NCBI GenBank assembly: GCA_033763455.1
Contig: JANRKO010000033.1
Location: 32,001-96,000 of the forward strand
Direction: 5' to 3'
Source: Polyangiaceae bacterium
Lineage (GTDB): Bacteria; Myxococcota_A; Polyangia; Polyangiales; Polyangiaceae
DNA: 64,000 nt
Positions 27,280-36,269 of this stretch are shown one piece after another. The translations under genes were made by a program, and so were the position numbers. Position 1 is the stretch's first letter, and each line of letters begins with the position of its first letter. The notes under the pieces were generated by a model. It searched no databases. It had not been told where the DNA came from and saw only the letters and a list, made by a program, of their open reading frames with translations.

Positions 27280-28026
27280 ATGAGATCTAGAATTTCAGTT
27301 ATTGTTGGCGTTGGGGTGATTTTGGGATTCTGGGGTTGCGGAGGCTCGGAAATAGCGCCGCTCACGGGTGCTGCAACCGGTGGCAAGCCCGCGGCGAATT
27401 CAAGCGGTGGAGCGGCTAACAAATCCGGTGGTTCGAGCTCCGGTGGAGCCATGGCAGGAGCCAACACTGGCGGCAGTGGCGGTGGGCTCTCCACTACCTG
27501 CCCCACGGTAGAACCCAAAACCATGGATAAGTGCACTGGGATCGTTCGCAACACGATGTGCACGTATCCGATGAACGTCTGCAATTGCGGACGTGGAGAT
27601 TTTTGGAACTGCCAGGATATCCGCTGCCCCGTCGACGCCGCTGTAACGGGTGACTTGTGCACTGGCAACGACGGCCTGCGCTGCAATTACTCCAACCGCA
27701 CGGTGTGTAACTGCAGCGGGGGTACGTTTAAGTGTCTCCAAACTCAGCCTCAAAACTGCCCCAATACACAGCCGAACACGGGTGATGCCTGTAACGGCCT
27801 GGGCGGGACGTTCTGCGACTACAATCTGCCCATGGCGAGCATGGATGTAAGCAGTGCCGGCGCGGCTGGCCAACTAGGTGCGGCTGGGTCTGCGGGAGTG
27901 GTTAACAGTGCTGGAGCAGGCGGGGTGTTGGCGAGCGGTGGCGCCAATGCTGCTGGCGCAGCCGGCGCGCCAGCAGCGGTCGCCTGTGGTTGCTCTCCTC
28001 AAAATCAGAAGTGGTTCTGCTTCTAA
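27280..28026 (+). CDS. Gly-rich lipoprotein with three 6-Cys repeats (paralog of the preceding gene)
   Basis: GGAGA RBS; lipobox FWGC; three units of the same Cys pattern. Confidence 0.8.
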   Translation: MRSRISVIVGVGVILGFWGCGGSEIAPLTGAATGGKPAANSSGGAANKSGGSSSGGAMAGANTGGSGGGLSTTCPTVEPKTMDKCTGIVRNTMCTYPMNVCNCGRGDFWNCQDIRCPVDAAVTGDLCTGNDGLRCNYSNRTVCNCSGGTFKCLQTQPQNCPNTQPNTGDACNGLGGTFCDYNLPMASMDVSSAGAAGQLGAAGSAGVVNSAGAGGVLASGGANAAGAAGAPAAVACGCSPQNQKWFCF

Positions 28027-28056
28027 TCGTAACAACGCTCGTAGCTTCACAGCGTT

Positions 28057-28093
28057 GGGAGGCGTTGCTCGAAAGGCAACGCCTCTCTTCTTT
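28057..28093 (+). terminator. Rho-independent terminator
   Basis: GGGAGGCGTTGC-TCGAAAG-GCAACGCCTCTC followed by TTCTTT. Confidence 0.8.
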
Positions 28094-28123
28094 GTCATTA
28101 CTGACGATCAGGGTTTACGGGGG

Positions 28124-28366
28124 TTACGCGGACTTCAGCGCTTCGACGACCTTCGGCTCGTCTAGAATCCCAGACCACCACACGTCGCCCGTTTGCTGGA
28201 CGCGTGCTTCCGGCGGCACAACGCCCGCACGGATGCCCCGGGCAATCTGGCGTACCGAAACAGGCCCCACCTGGTCTCCGCCGTCCACCCACACGTGCCA
28301 GCGCTGCTCATCCAACGGATCGGCGGCTAGCATTCCCTCGGCCTCGTTGTCGTTCACTTGAGTCAT
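28124..28366 (-). CDS. Small standalone GYF_2 (DUF4339)-like domain protein
   Basis: WHVWVDGGDQVGPVS...I..G.V.PEARVQQTG..WW pattern; GGAG RBS before ATG 28366. Confidence 0.7.
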   Translation of the reverse strand: MTQVNDNEAEGMLAADPLDEQRWHVWVDGGDQVGPVSVRQIARGIRAGVVPPEARVQQTGDVWWSGILDEPKVVEALKSA

Positions 28367-28509
28367 CGTTCCCGTATCTCCAAGGCACGTAGGGTTACAC
28401 AGCTCGTTCGCTCTTTGGGAAGCAAAAGTCGCCAATTACTTCGACAATACCCAGCGATAACGGAAGTTTGCGATGTCACCACCCCTACCCACGACATGAG
28501 CGCGAAACA

Positions 28510-30303
28510 TTAGCCTGGCGGGCGTTCGCTTCCTCCCTGAGGCATGACGAGCTCACCTGTCTGCAGCCGCCACAGCATCGAATATTGGCCGCCGCGTACT
28601 ACCAGTTCGTCGTGTGTACCTGATTCAACGATCTTGCCGGCCTCTAGCACGTGAATGCAGTCCGCATGGCGTACTGTTGAGAGCCTGTGCGCAATAATCA
28701 GGCTGGTCCGCCCCACCACAAGCTTGCTCAAAGATCGTTGAATCGCGGCTTCGGTCTCGTTATCCACCGCACTCGTGGCTTCGTCCAACACCAAGATCGG
28801 TGGGTTTTTTAGGATAGCGCGCGCCAGCGCAATGCGTTGCCGTTGGCCTCCGGAGAGCTTCTGACCACGCTCACCCACTTCGGTATCGTAACCATTGGGA
28901 AGCTCAAGGATGAAGTCGTGCGCTTCAGCCGATTTTGCTGCCAGAATCACCGCCTCGCGATCCACATTCGGAAGGCCATAGGCGATATTTAGCAGCACGC
29001 TCGCATCAGCCAAGAAGCTATCTTGGGCAACGTAGCCAATCGAGCGGCGCAAATCCTGTAGCGCGTATTCTTGGATTGGGACTCCATCCAGTAGGATTTT
29101 TCCCGATGCGGGCTCATAGAACCGCAAAAGCAGCTTTACTAGCGTGCTCTTGCCGCTACCCGTGGTTCCCACAAAAGCCACACTCTTGCCTGCGCCTATT
29201 ACGAGCGAAACGTCGTTCAGGGTTGCTTGTTCGCCGTAAGCGAACTGCACGTGTTCGAAGCGGAGCTCTCCCGAAACTTGAGACGCCAGTAGGGGCTTGC
29301 CGGAGTAGTCGATTTTCACTGGTGTTTGGACGAGATCCATCACGCGTTCCACCGATGCCATGGAGCGCTGATAGAGGTCCGTCATGTCCGCCAGACGCGT
29401 CAACGGCCAGAGCAAGCGCTGCGTCAAATAGACGAGCACGGAATAGCTGCCCACGCCAATCTCACCGCGGAGGGCGAGGAACCCACCGTATAACAACGTG
29501 ATGGTGAAGCCGGCTAAAATGGCCATCCGGATGATGGGCGTTATCCCTGCCGACAGGCGAATCGCGTGTGAGTTCGCGGCACGGTAGGCTTCGGAATCTT
29601 CCTGGATCCGCCTGGCCTCATAGGCCTCGGCTGCGTATGCCTTGATCGTGGCAATCCCCAACAGGTTGTTATTGAGCCTCGAATTCAGGCCCCCCGCTGC
29701 TTCGCGCACGGCCGTGTAGCGGGAAGCCATGCGCGCCTGAAACCAGAAAGCGCCGTAAATGATGAGCGGGATGGGCAGAAGCGCAAGGGCAGCGATTTTG
29801 GTGGTGAGTGTGAAGAAAACAGCACCCACTAGTAACGACCCCGTCACCACCTGAATCAGATCGTTGGCGCCACCGTTTAAGAAACGCTCCATTTGGTTGA
29901 TGTCGTCATTCAGAATCGACATCAAATTCCCGGTCTTTCTTCGCTCAAACCACGCAAGCTCTAGGCGCTGCACGTGCGAATAGGCCTCCATGCGGAGGTC
30001 GTGCTGGAGGTTCTGCGCGAGGTTACGCCAACGAACGGCGTAGAGGTATTCGAAAGTAGATTCGGCAACCCAAATGAAAACCGTAAGGGATGCCAACAGC
30101 CACAGCTGTTGCTCAGGCTCTGATACCCCATAGTGAGAAAGGAAAGATGCTTTCTTGCTGGCCACTACGTCGACCGCGACCCCAATAAGGATCTCTGGCA
30201 AAACGTCGAACACCTTGTTCAACACCGAGAACAAGGACGCGAGCCACACATCGCGTCGGTAGGCGCGTGCGTGGGAGAATAACCGACGGAGAGGATGGCT
30301 CAT
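28510..30303 (-). CDS. ABC exporter, fused permease/ATP-binding protein
   Basis: TM domain; Walker A GTTGSGKST; LSGGQRQR; VLDEATSAVD. Confidence 0.96.
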   Translation of the reverse strand: MSHPLRRLFSHARAYRRDVWLASLFSVLNKVFDVLPEILIGVAVDVVASKKASFLSHYGVSEPEQQLWLLASLTVFIWVAESTFEYLYAVRWRNLAQNLQHDLRMEAYSHVQRLELAWFERRKTGNLMSILNDDINQMERFLNGGANDLIQVVTGSLLVGAVFFTLTTKIAALALLPIPLIIYGAFWFQARMASRYTAVREAAGGLNSRLNNNLLGIATIKAYAAEAYEARRIQEDSEAYRAANSHAIRLSAGITPIIRMAILAGFTITLLYGGFLALRGEIGVGSYSVLVYLTQRLLWPLTRLADMTDLYQRSMASVERVMDLVQTPVKIDYSGKPLLASQVSGELRFEHVQFAYGEQATLNDVSLVIGAGKSVAFVGTTGSGKSTLVKLLLRFYEPASGKILLDGVPIQEYALQDLRRSIGYVAQDSFLADASVLLNIAYGLPNVDREAVILAAKSAEAHDFILELPNGYDTEVGERGQKLSGGQRQRIALARAILKNPPILVLDEATSAVDNETEAAIQRSLSKLVVGRTSLIIAHRLSTVRHADCIHVLEAGKIVESGTHDELVVRGGQYSMLWRLQTGELVMPQGGSERPPG

Positions 30304-30329
30304 CTTTGGCGAGCGATCCTAGACCACGC

Positions 30330-31913
30330 TCATGGCTGAATCACGCCTTTGATCAACTCTTTAAACGTCGAGCTCTCGCCACCGTCCACGGTGGCGCCAT
30401 GTTTGAAATCTTTAGCACGGCCAGCCGCGATTTCGCACTGCACCGCAGCGGCGTACGCCTCAAGCGCGCGCCCCACTTCACCGCTCGACACCACAGCATG
30501 GCCCACGTCATCCAAAGCCGCGCCGAGGCTTTGGCACTTTGAACTCGGTGGTGGCAATTCAAGTGCCTCGGGATTTCCGCAGCACCCAGCGCGAACCACA
30601 GCAAACGCTGCCATATCGTACCAGCCCAGGCGACCGTATAATCGCATTGTTTCACTTGGAGCCACAGCAGCCCCCGCAACAATCGCAGCCCTCAAGCGAT
30701 CAGCCCCCTGCCGCGGATCGCGCTCCGTGCATAACCATTCCAGATCTGGGGCTTTGGTAAAGGCTCCCTTTGGCAGATAACCTGAAACGCAACTAGCCGT
30801 CTTGTTGGCGCTGAGCGCTTGATCTTCCCCCATTACAGATACCTCCGACAAATCGATGGCTTTCTTCTGGGGTGCAGGCTCGCTTTTGGCCACGCGTGGC
30901 GCTTGGGGCTCTGGCGGCGGAACTCTTAATTGGGAGATACCAAAAGCGCATACCAACCCGAACACAAGAGCTGAGGCTGCCCAAACCACTAGACCCTTCT
31001 TGGACCTCCCACCGGGCGCCACGCTGGTCCGTGACGGCCGCGGCACGCTTTCGGCAGGCGCAACCGATGCACCGGTCATAATTACGGGGGACGAACCTCG
31101 CCCCGCGGGGAGCGGCGGGGGATTCGAATGCACGATGCCTTGAGACACCGGTTCATCCCCTACGTGGTCCACAAACCAGCGCGCTAAGTCCCGTCGAAGC
31201 GGCTTCAGAGACTTCGCCCGCAGGCTCTCGTCTACATTCAGCCCGGTCAGCAACGCATCCGTAAGAGGTGCATCCAAGACCCCGCACGCATGTAGCTCCT
31301 CGACAGTACGAACGCCGCCCGGCGGTGGCTCGCGACCCACGAGAAAGTAATAAAGAAGGCCGGCAACGGCCCAGGCATCGCCCGCTTCGCTCGGCTCTTC
31401 CTCGCCGCGCTTACCCGCTAGGAAAAATACCGAGTCCGTCTCCAACCAGCCACTAAAAGTTAACACTGGACCTGGGCGCCCTGTGGGTACAGCGATAACA
31501 CTGAGCGGCCCAATGGACCCGTGATGGGCGCCCGCGGCGTGCGCATGTGCGACGGCATCAGCTAACCGCAACACGAGCCGAACTCCGTCGACAGGCGTAT
31601 GCTGGTGTTCAGCCAAATGCTCGCGCACATAGGCCTCGACCGTCTGCCCGAGAACGGGCTCACTGATGAGGACCACCGAGCCGTCGCTTTCGGTGACCAC
31701 ATCCCTAACGGCGGCTACATGGGCGTGGGCAAACTCCTTGAACCGACTCACCACCGATTGCTCAGCAGCCGTAAGGCACACCGCACAGAAGGGCTCGTTC
31801 GCGACTGTGTCTGTGCCCCTATACGTAGTCCGGAGCCCGGGGGCCTCGATGATCTCATCGATGCGGTAACGAGCTCGGATCAGGTGCCCTATGTCTAAGT
31901 TGGTTGGCGACAA
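30330..31913 (-). CDS. Membrane-anchored Ser/Thr pseudokinase with Cys-rich extracytoplasmic domain
   Basis: G.LI..RYRI start, LADAVAHAHAAGAHHGSIGP, DAWAVAGLLY..L.G.EP kinase-fold remnants; TM VVWAASALVFGLVCAFGI. Confidence 0.65.
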   Translation of the reverse strand: MSPTNLDIGHLIRARYRIDEIIEAPGLRTTYRGTDTVANEPFCAVCLTAAEQSVVSRFKEFAHAHVAAVRDVVTESDGSVVLISEPVLGQTVEAYVREHLAEHQHTPVDGVRLVLRLADAVAHAHAAGAHHGSIGPLSVIAVPTGRPGPVLTFSGWLETDSVFFLAGKRGEEEPSEAGDAWAVAGLLYYFLVGREPPPGGVRTVEELHACGVLDAPLTDALLTGLNVDESLRAKSLKPLRRDLARWFVDHVGDEPVSQGIVHSNPPPLPAGRGSSPVIMTGASVAPAESVPRPSRTSVAPGGRSKKGLVVWAASALVFGLVCAFGISQLRVPPPEPQAPRVAKSEPAPQKKAIDLSEVSVMGEDQALSANKTASCVSGYLPKGAFTKAPDLEWLCTERDPRQGADRLRAAIVAGAAVAPSETMRLYGRLGWYDMAAFAVVRAGCCGNPEALELPPPSSKCQSLGAALDDVGHAVVSSGEVGRALEAYAAAVQCEIAAGRAKDFKHGATVDGGESSTFKELIKGVIQP

Positions 31914-32102
31914 CGTGACGGTTTCCGAATGTTAAGGGTAACCCATAGGATCGCACCCACACTCTGAACCGTCTAGGGGTGCATTTGTTGGTGGCGCGCT
32001 TCTTCGGGGCCGGCCCACCGCCCAGTTCTCATCGGTGATGGCCACTCGGGCGAGTTAGGCGGCCCCTCCGCACCCAACCTCCGCTAGTGTAAAGAGAGCT
32101 CC

Positions 32103-32807
32103 ATGCGCTTTTCAGCGGGCACCAGCGGCTTCAGCTACTCCGAATGGAAGGGCACTTTTTACCCAAAGGATCTCAAATCGCCTGCCATGCTCCGCTACTA
32201 CGCCGGGCGCCTACACTCGGTGGAGATCAACAACACATTTTACCGAATGCCCAGCCCGAGCCTCCTCGAAGGCTGGAAAAGCCAAGTCCCCAGCGATTTT
32301 CGCTTCATTCTGAAGGCGCCACGCCGCATCACCCACTCGGAAAAACTCGCGGGCTCCGAACAGAGCCTCGCCCATCTGTTAACGACCGCAGCCGTATTGG
32401 GTGAGAGCTTGGGGCCAATTTTGTTTCAGCTTCCACCAACCTTCAAGAAGGACCTGGCTTCGCTCACTTGCTTCCTGAGCTGGCTCCCCCAAACCCAGCC
32501 AGCAGCGTTTGAGTTCCGACATCCAAGCTGGTTTTCAGAAGACGTTTACGCGGCGCTTGGTGCGGCCAATGCAGCGTTATGCGGCGGCGACGTGGAGGAG
32601 GTTGAAAAATGCCCGCCGCTTGTTCCCACCGCCAACTGGGGATACCTGAGATTGCGAAAGTTGAGCTACACCCCTGCCGCTTTGAGTGCGTGGGCAAAAA
32701 TGATTAGCCAACAGCCGTGGGAGTCGGCGTACGCATTTTTCAAGCACGAGACAGAGGGGCCCCTGCTCGCGGAAAAACTCGACCAATTGGTTTCAGGTAA
32801 AACGTGA
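32103..32807 (+). CDS. DUF72 domain protein
   Basis: GTSGFSYSEWKGTFYP, VEINNTFY, LFQLPP, FEFRHPSW, YLRLR. Confidence 0.96.
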   Translation: MRFSAGTSGFSYSEWKGTFYPKDLKSPAMLRYYAGRLHSVEINNTFYRMPSPSLLEGWKSQVPSDFRFILKAPRRITHSEKLAGSEQSLAHLLTTAAVLGESLGPILFQLPPTFKKDLASLTCFLSWLPQTQPAAFEFRHPSWFSEDVYAALGAANAALCGGDVEEVEKCPPLVPTANWGYLRLRKLSYTPAALSAWAKMISQQPWESAYAFFKHETEGPLLAEKLDQLVSGKT

Positions 32808-32824
32808 GTCAATGGGGGCACACG

Positions 32825-34753
32825 CTAGGAAGCCGGGGTTGGGTTCGCCAATTTCAGGATCAAACGCCTTAGCTCAGAGAGATCAAACGGCTTGGTAAGC
32901 GCGGGCACCTCAAGCCCAGCCAAGAAGTCCGTTTGCTCGGACGTAAAAGCTCCACCCGTCATGATCAACATGCGCTTTTCAAGCCCTGGCCAACGTTCCT
33001 TGAGAATCGCAAAAAGGTCGCTGCCTCCCTGACCAGGCATGGTCAGGTCGCAGAGGATAACGTCCGGCCGCTCACCGCTCGACAGCCACTCCACTACGGC
33101 GGAAACCAGGGTGGTGGCGCGCACTTCATGTTCATCTGCCAAGAGCTGCGCGATAAGCTTGCCGATCATAGGTTCGTCGTCGATGACCCAGACGGTAATG
33201 CTGGAGGTTTGCGGAGGAGGGGCTGCTGGTTGCGCTACGGCTGCAGCCACCACTTCAGGCCCCTCAAACTTGGGCAACAGCACCGCAATTTTTGTTCCGC
33301 GCCCTTCCACGCTTTCAACACGGATCTCTCCTCCTTGCGCCATAAGCAGGCTGCGACAAATGCTGAGCCCCAACCCAGTCCCCACGCCTGGCGGCTTGGT
33401 GGTGAAGAGTGGCTCGAAGATCTTTGGCAAGACGGCCGCTGGAATGCCTGATCCCGTATCGCTGATCTCCACACAAATCTGACTTTCTCCGTGCTTCTGG
33501 AGCGACACCATGATGCTGTTCTCATCAGGCGCTCCTGGTGCGATGGCCTGACCAGCGTTCACCAACAGGTTCAGAAAAACGTGCTCAAGGCTCGCAGCAT
33601 TGGCATGCACTCTCGGCACACGGGCAAAATCGCGGACCAGGCGAGCTCGGTAGCGGATCTCGCCGTCCGCGATACGAATCGCCTGCTCCAAGACTTGCTC
33701 CACATCCACGCTGCCCAAGACGAGCTCCTCGGTGCGGGCAAACACACGCAAGTCTTTCACAATGGATGCAGCGCGCCGCACGCCCCCCTCAAGCTCAGCA
33801 ATTTGGGATAGGAACCCATGTGAGTCCGCTCCCAGCAAGGGATGGGCAGCAAGCTCGGCTCGCAACTCTTCGAGGCCAAGCTGCACGTACGTGAGAGGAT
33901 TGTTGATTTCGTGGGCCACTGTTGCCGACAACATGCCCAACGCGGCCATCCGATCGGCCTTGACGAGCTGCGCATCCAGTTGTTTTCGTTCTGTCACGTC
34001 ACGAGCAAAGCCGATAACCGCCGGCTGCCCTTCGTATTCAGCGGGCACGGAAGAAATCTCCACGTAGCGCGTGAAACCGTCTGCGGAATGAAAACTGTAA
34101 ACGGTGGGCTCAAGGCGGCTTTGGCGCGCACCCATTTCCGCCAGACGCGCGCGCGTTCGTGCGGCTTCCGTGGGGTCCAGGAATTGGAGAATGGGCTTGC
34201 CTATCGCCTCTTGCGGGCTTTTCAGATCGAGCAGTGCGGCGGCACGTGGGCTCATGTAAACAACCGTAACGCCCCGCAAGATGACAACGCCATCGGGCCC
34301 ATTTTCTACCAACGCGCGAAAGCGTTGTTCTGATTGGGTCAAAGCAAGCTCACTCTTTATGCGGTCGCTCGCGTCGCGGAGGATAGTGACGGCAAGACGA
34401 CGACCCTCGAAGGCAAGGCCCGTGGTTCCCATTTCGACCTGTACACGCCGACCATCGGGCGTCAGCAGCACGGTTTCGACGGCTTTGCTTTCAGTGGAGC
34501 GGCGGCGCTCTTGAAGAAGCTCTCGCACACGATCGGCCTCTTCCGGTGCAATACATTCGAAAATCGACCCGCTGAGCAGCGCTTCGGCCGACCTCCCCGT
34601 CATGCGGGACACCCCCTCACTCACGTAGATCACGCGAGGCTCTTCGCTCACATCCGTGACCGCGAACCCTACGCCCGCTTGATCCCCCGCAAGCGCTAGT
34701 GCTTGCAACACCCTCCCCACGTCGAGATCGCTCAACTCAATGGGCGACGTCAT
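32825..34753 (-). CDS. Hybrid sensor histidine kinase (2 PAS, HisKA, HATPase, REC)
   Basis: AHEINNPL, NLLVNAGQA, DTGSGI, FTTKPPGVGTGLGL, VIDDE...CDLTMPG. Confidence 0.95.
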   Translation of the reverse strand: MTSPIELSDLDVGRVLQALALAGDQAGVGFAVTDVSEEPRVIYVSEGVSRMTGRSAEALLSGSIFECIAPEEADRVRELLQERRRSTESKAVETVLLTPDGRRVQVEMGTTGLAFEGRRLAVTILRDASDRIKSELALTQSEQRFRALVENGPDGVVILRGVTVVYMSPRAAALLDLKSPQEAIGKPILQFLDPTEAARTRARLAEMGARQSRLEPTVYSFHSADGFTRYVEISSVPAEYEGQPAVIGFARDVTERKQLDAQLVKADRMAALGMLSATVAHEINNPLTYVQLGLEELRAELAAHPLLGADSHGFLSQIAELEGGVRRAASIVKDLRVFARTEELVLGSVDVEQVLEQAIRIADGEIRYRARLVRDFARVPRVHANAASLEHVFLNLLVNAGQAIAPGAPDENSIMVSLQKHGESQICVEISDTGSGIPAAVLPKIFEPLFTTKPPGVGTGLGLSICRSLLMAQGGEIRVESVEGRGTKIAVLLPKFEGPEVVAAAVAQPAAPPPQTSSITVWVIDDEPMIGKLIAQLLADEHEVRATTLVSAVVEWLSSGERPDVILCDLTMPGQGGSDLFAILKERWPGLEKRMLIMTGGAFTSEQTDFLAGLEVPALTKPFDLSELRRLILKLANPTPAS

Positions 34754-34807
34754 AGAAGCACCGTGAGAGAAGCAAACGTTCGAGGAGACCCCTTTTGGCG
34801 CGTTACG

Positions 34808-35293
34808 CTATGACGCCCGAGCCAGCCCCGGCGTACTCTTTGCCTCCGGTGAGGTTGCATACAGAACACTACCATCCCACGCTAGAAGTGACAGCGACAC
34901 TCCTTTTGAGCTGCTCCCGCTTTCCAGCGCCATCACCGTCGCGGCAAGCTCGCGCTGGGCGCGGCTTCCGGCGGGCTCCGAACAGGTCAGCATGAGCTCG
35001 CCCCCGGGCACCTCCCGGAGGCGCGCTACGAGCCCGCGGATCAAGATGCTTCGCGCAGCCTGGTGGTCTCGGTCTGTCTTGCCGTTGGATACGAAAATCA
35101 TGTGACCCAACTGCCAACCCATATTCTCAACGCGCGTGACCCGATTGGCCACCTGCGCCACCAGGGAAGAGGGGGCGCCAGGGTAGTGTTGAGCCACCAC
35201 AGCGACGTCGCCCGACTGTGACGGATGGAGCCAGCGAGGCCAGCTACCGCCGTATTCGATGACTACTAACGTTGCGCGGTGGTGTTGAGGCAT
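34808..35293 (-). CDS. Hypothetical protein
   Basis: 161-aa ORF with AAGGAG RBS, co-oriented between ku and the kinase. Confidence 0.65.
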   Translation of the reverse strand: MPQHHRATLVVIEYGGSWPRWLHPSQSGDVAVVAQHYPGAPSSLVAQVANRVTRVENMGWQLGHMIFVSNGKTDRDHQAARSILIRGLVARLREVPGGELMLTCSEPAGSRAQRELAATVMALESGSSSKGVSLSLLAWDGSVLYATSPEAKSTPGLARAS

Positions 35294-35362
35294 CGGGGGG
35301 CTCCTTCGGGTTACTCACCACCGATAAACCAGGCCCCACCACTGGGCCAAAATTGGGGCTGG

Positions 35363-36238
35363 CTAGGCCGACCCGGATTCGGACTTCTTGGGGACCGGGC
35401 GTTTTCTAGGTTCAGCCTTCTTAAGCGGCGCAGGTTCCGCGTCGCGCGCAAGAGCCGCGGCGTCCCCAGAACTCTTAAGGCTACGCTTCAGGGCTTCAAA
35501 CAAGTCGATGATCTGCGCCTTGGGCTCCTCTGGCGCCACCGTTACTTCGCTGCCAGCCACCTTCTGCTCGACCGCCGCTCGCACCCGATCACTGAAAGAA
35601 TCCCGATAAGGGCTCGCGTCGAACTTATCGGCGCTGAGCTGTTCGATAAGCTTCTTGGCCAGCTCTTGCTCCTTCTCAGAGAAGGTGAAAGTCGCACCCG
35701 TATCGATCTCTTCGAACGCGCGTAGCTCATGTTGATAGTAGAGCTGGTGGAACACCAGGCCATCTTTGCCGTAAGGGCGAATCAAGATGAGCTGTTCTTT
35801 GCCCCGCGCTGACCAGCGCCCAACGGCAACGCGGTCGGTAACGCGCATAGCCTCCCCCAGCAAACGATACGCTTTATCTCCTCCCTTATCCGGACCCAAA
35901 TAATACGAACGTTCAACCTGCAAGAAATCAATGCCGGAGAGCGGCACAAACTCCACAATCTCGATGCTGTTGCTCCGTTCGGCTTCGAGCGACTTCAGCT
36001 CCTCTTCAGTGAACGTTACAAACTGCCCGCGAGCGTACTCAAAGCCCTTCACCGTATCATTGCGGCCGATTATCTCGTTGTCCGTCGGGCAGAAGAGCTG
36101 CTGCTTGATGCGCCCGCCACACTTGGCGTGCAACATGTTGAAGCTCACCTGCTCGGACGAAGCAGCGGTGTACAGCTTGACCGGAATAGAGACGAGCCCA
36201 AAGGAAATTGTACCAGAGCTGATCGCTCGCGCCGCCAT
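35363..36238 (-). CDS. ku: Non-homologous end joining protein Ku
   Basis: GTISFGLVSIPVKLY, VKGFEY, RSYYLGP, IIDLFEALKRSL, basic tail. Confidence 0.97.
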   Translation of the reverse strand: MAARAISSGTISFGLVSIPVKLYTAASSEQVSFNMLHAKCGGRIKQQLFCPTDNEIIGRNDTVKGFEYARGQFVTFTEEELKSLEAERSNSIEIVEFVPLSGIDFLQVERSYYLGPDKGGDKAYRLLGEAMRVTDRVAVGRWSARGKEQLILIRPYGKDGLVFHQLYYQHELRAFEEIDTGATFTFSEKEQELAKKLIEQLSADKFDASPYRDSFSDRVRAAVEQKVAGSEVTVAPEEPKAQIIDLFEALKRSLKSSGDAAALARDAEPAPLKKAEPRKRPVPKKSESGSA

Positions 36239-36246
36239 CGTGGCAA

Positions 36247-36253
36247 TATGTTA
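36247..36253. promoter_or_regulatory. Overlapping divergent -10 hexamers in the 31-bp ku/ligD spacer
   Basis: TATGTT on + (36247-36252) and TAACAT on - (36253-36248). Confidence 0.5.
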
Positions 36254-36269
36254 GCCCGAGGCGCCCCGC

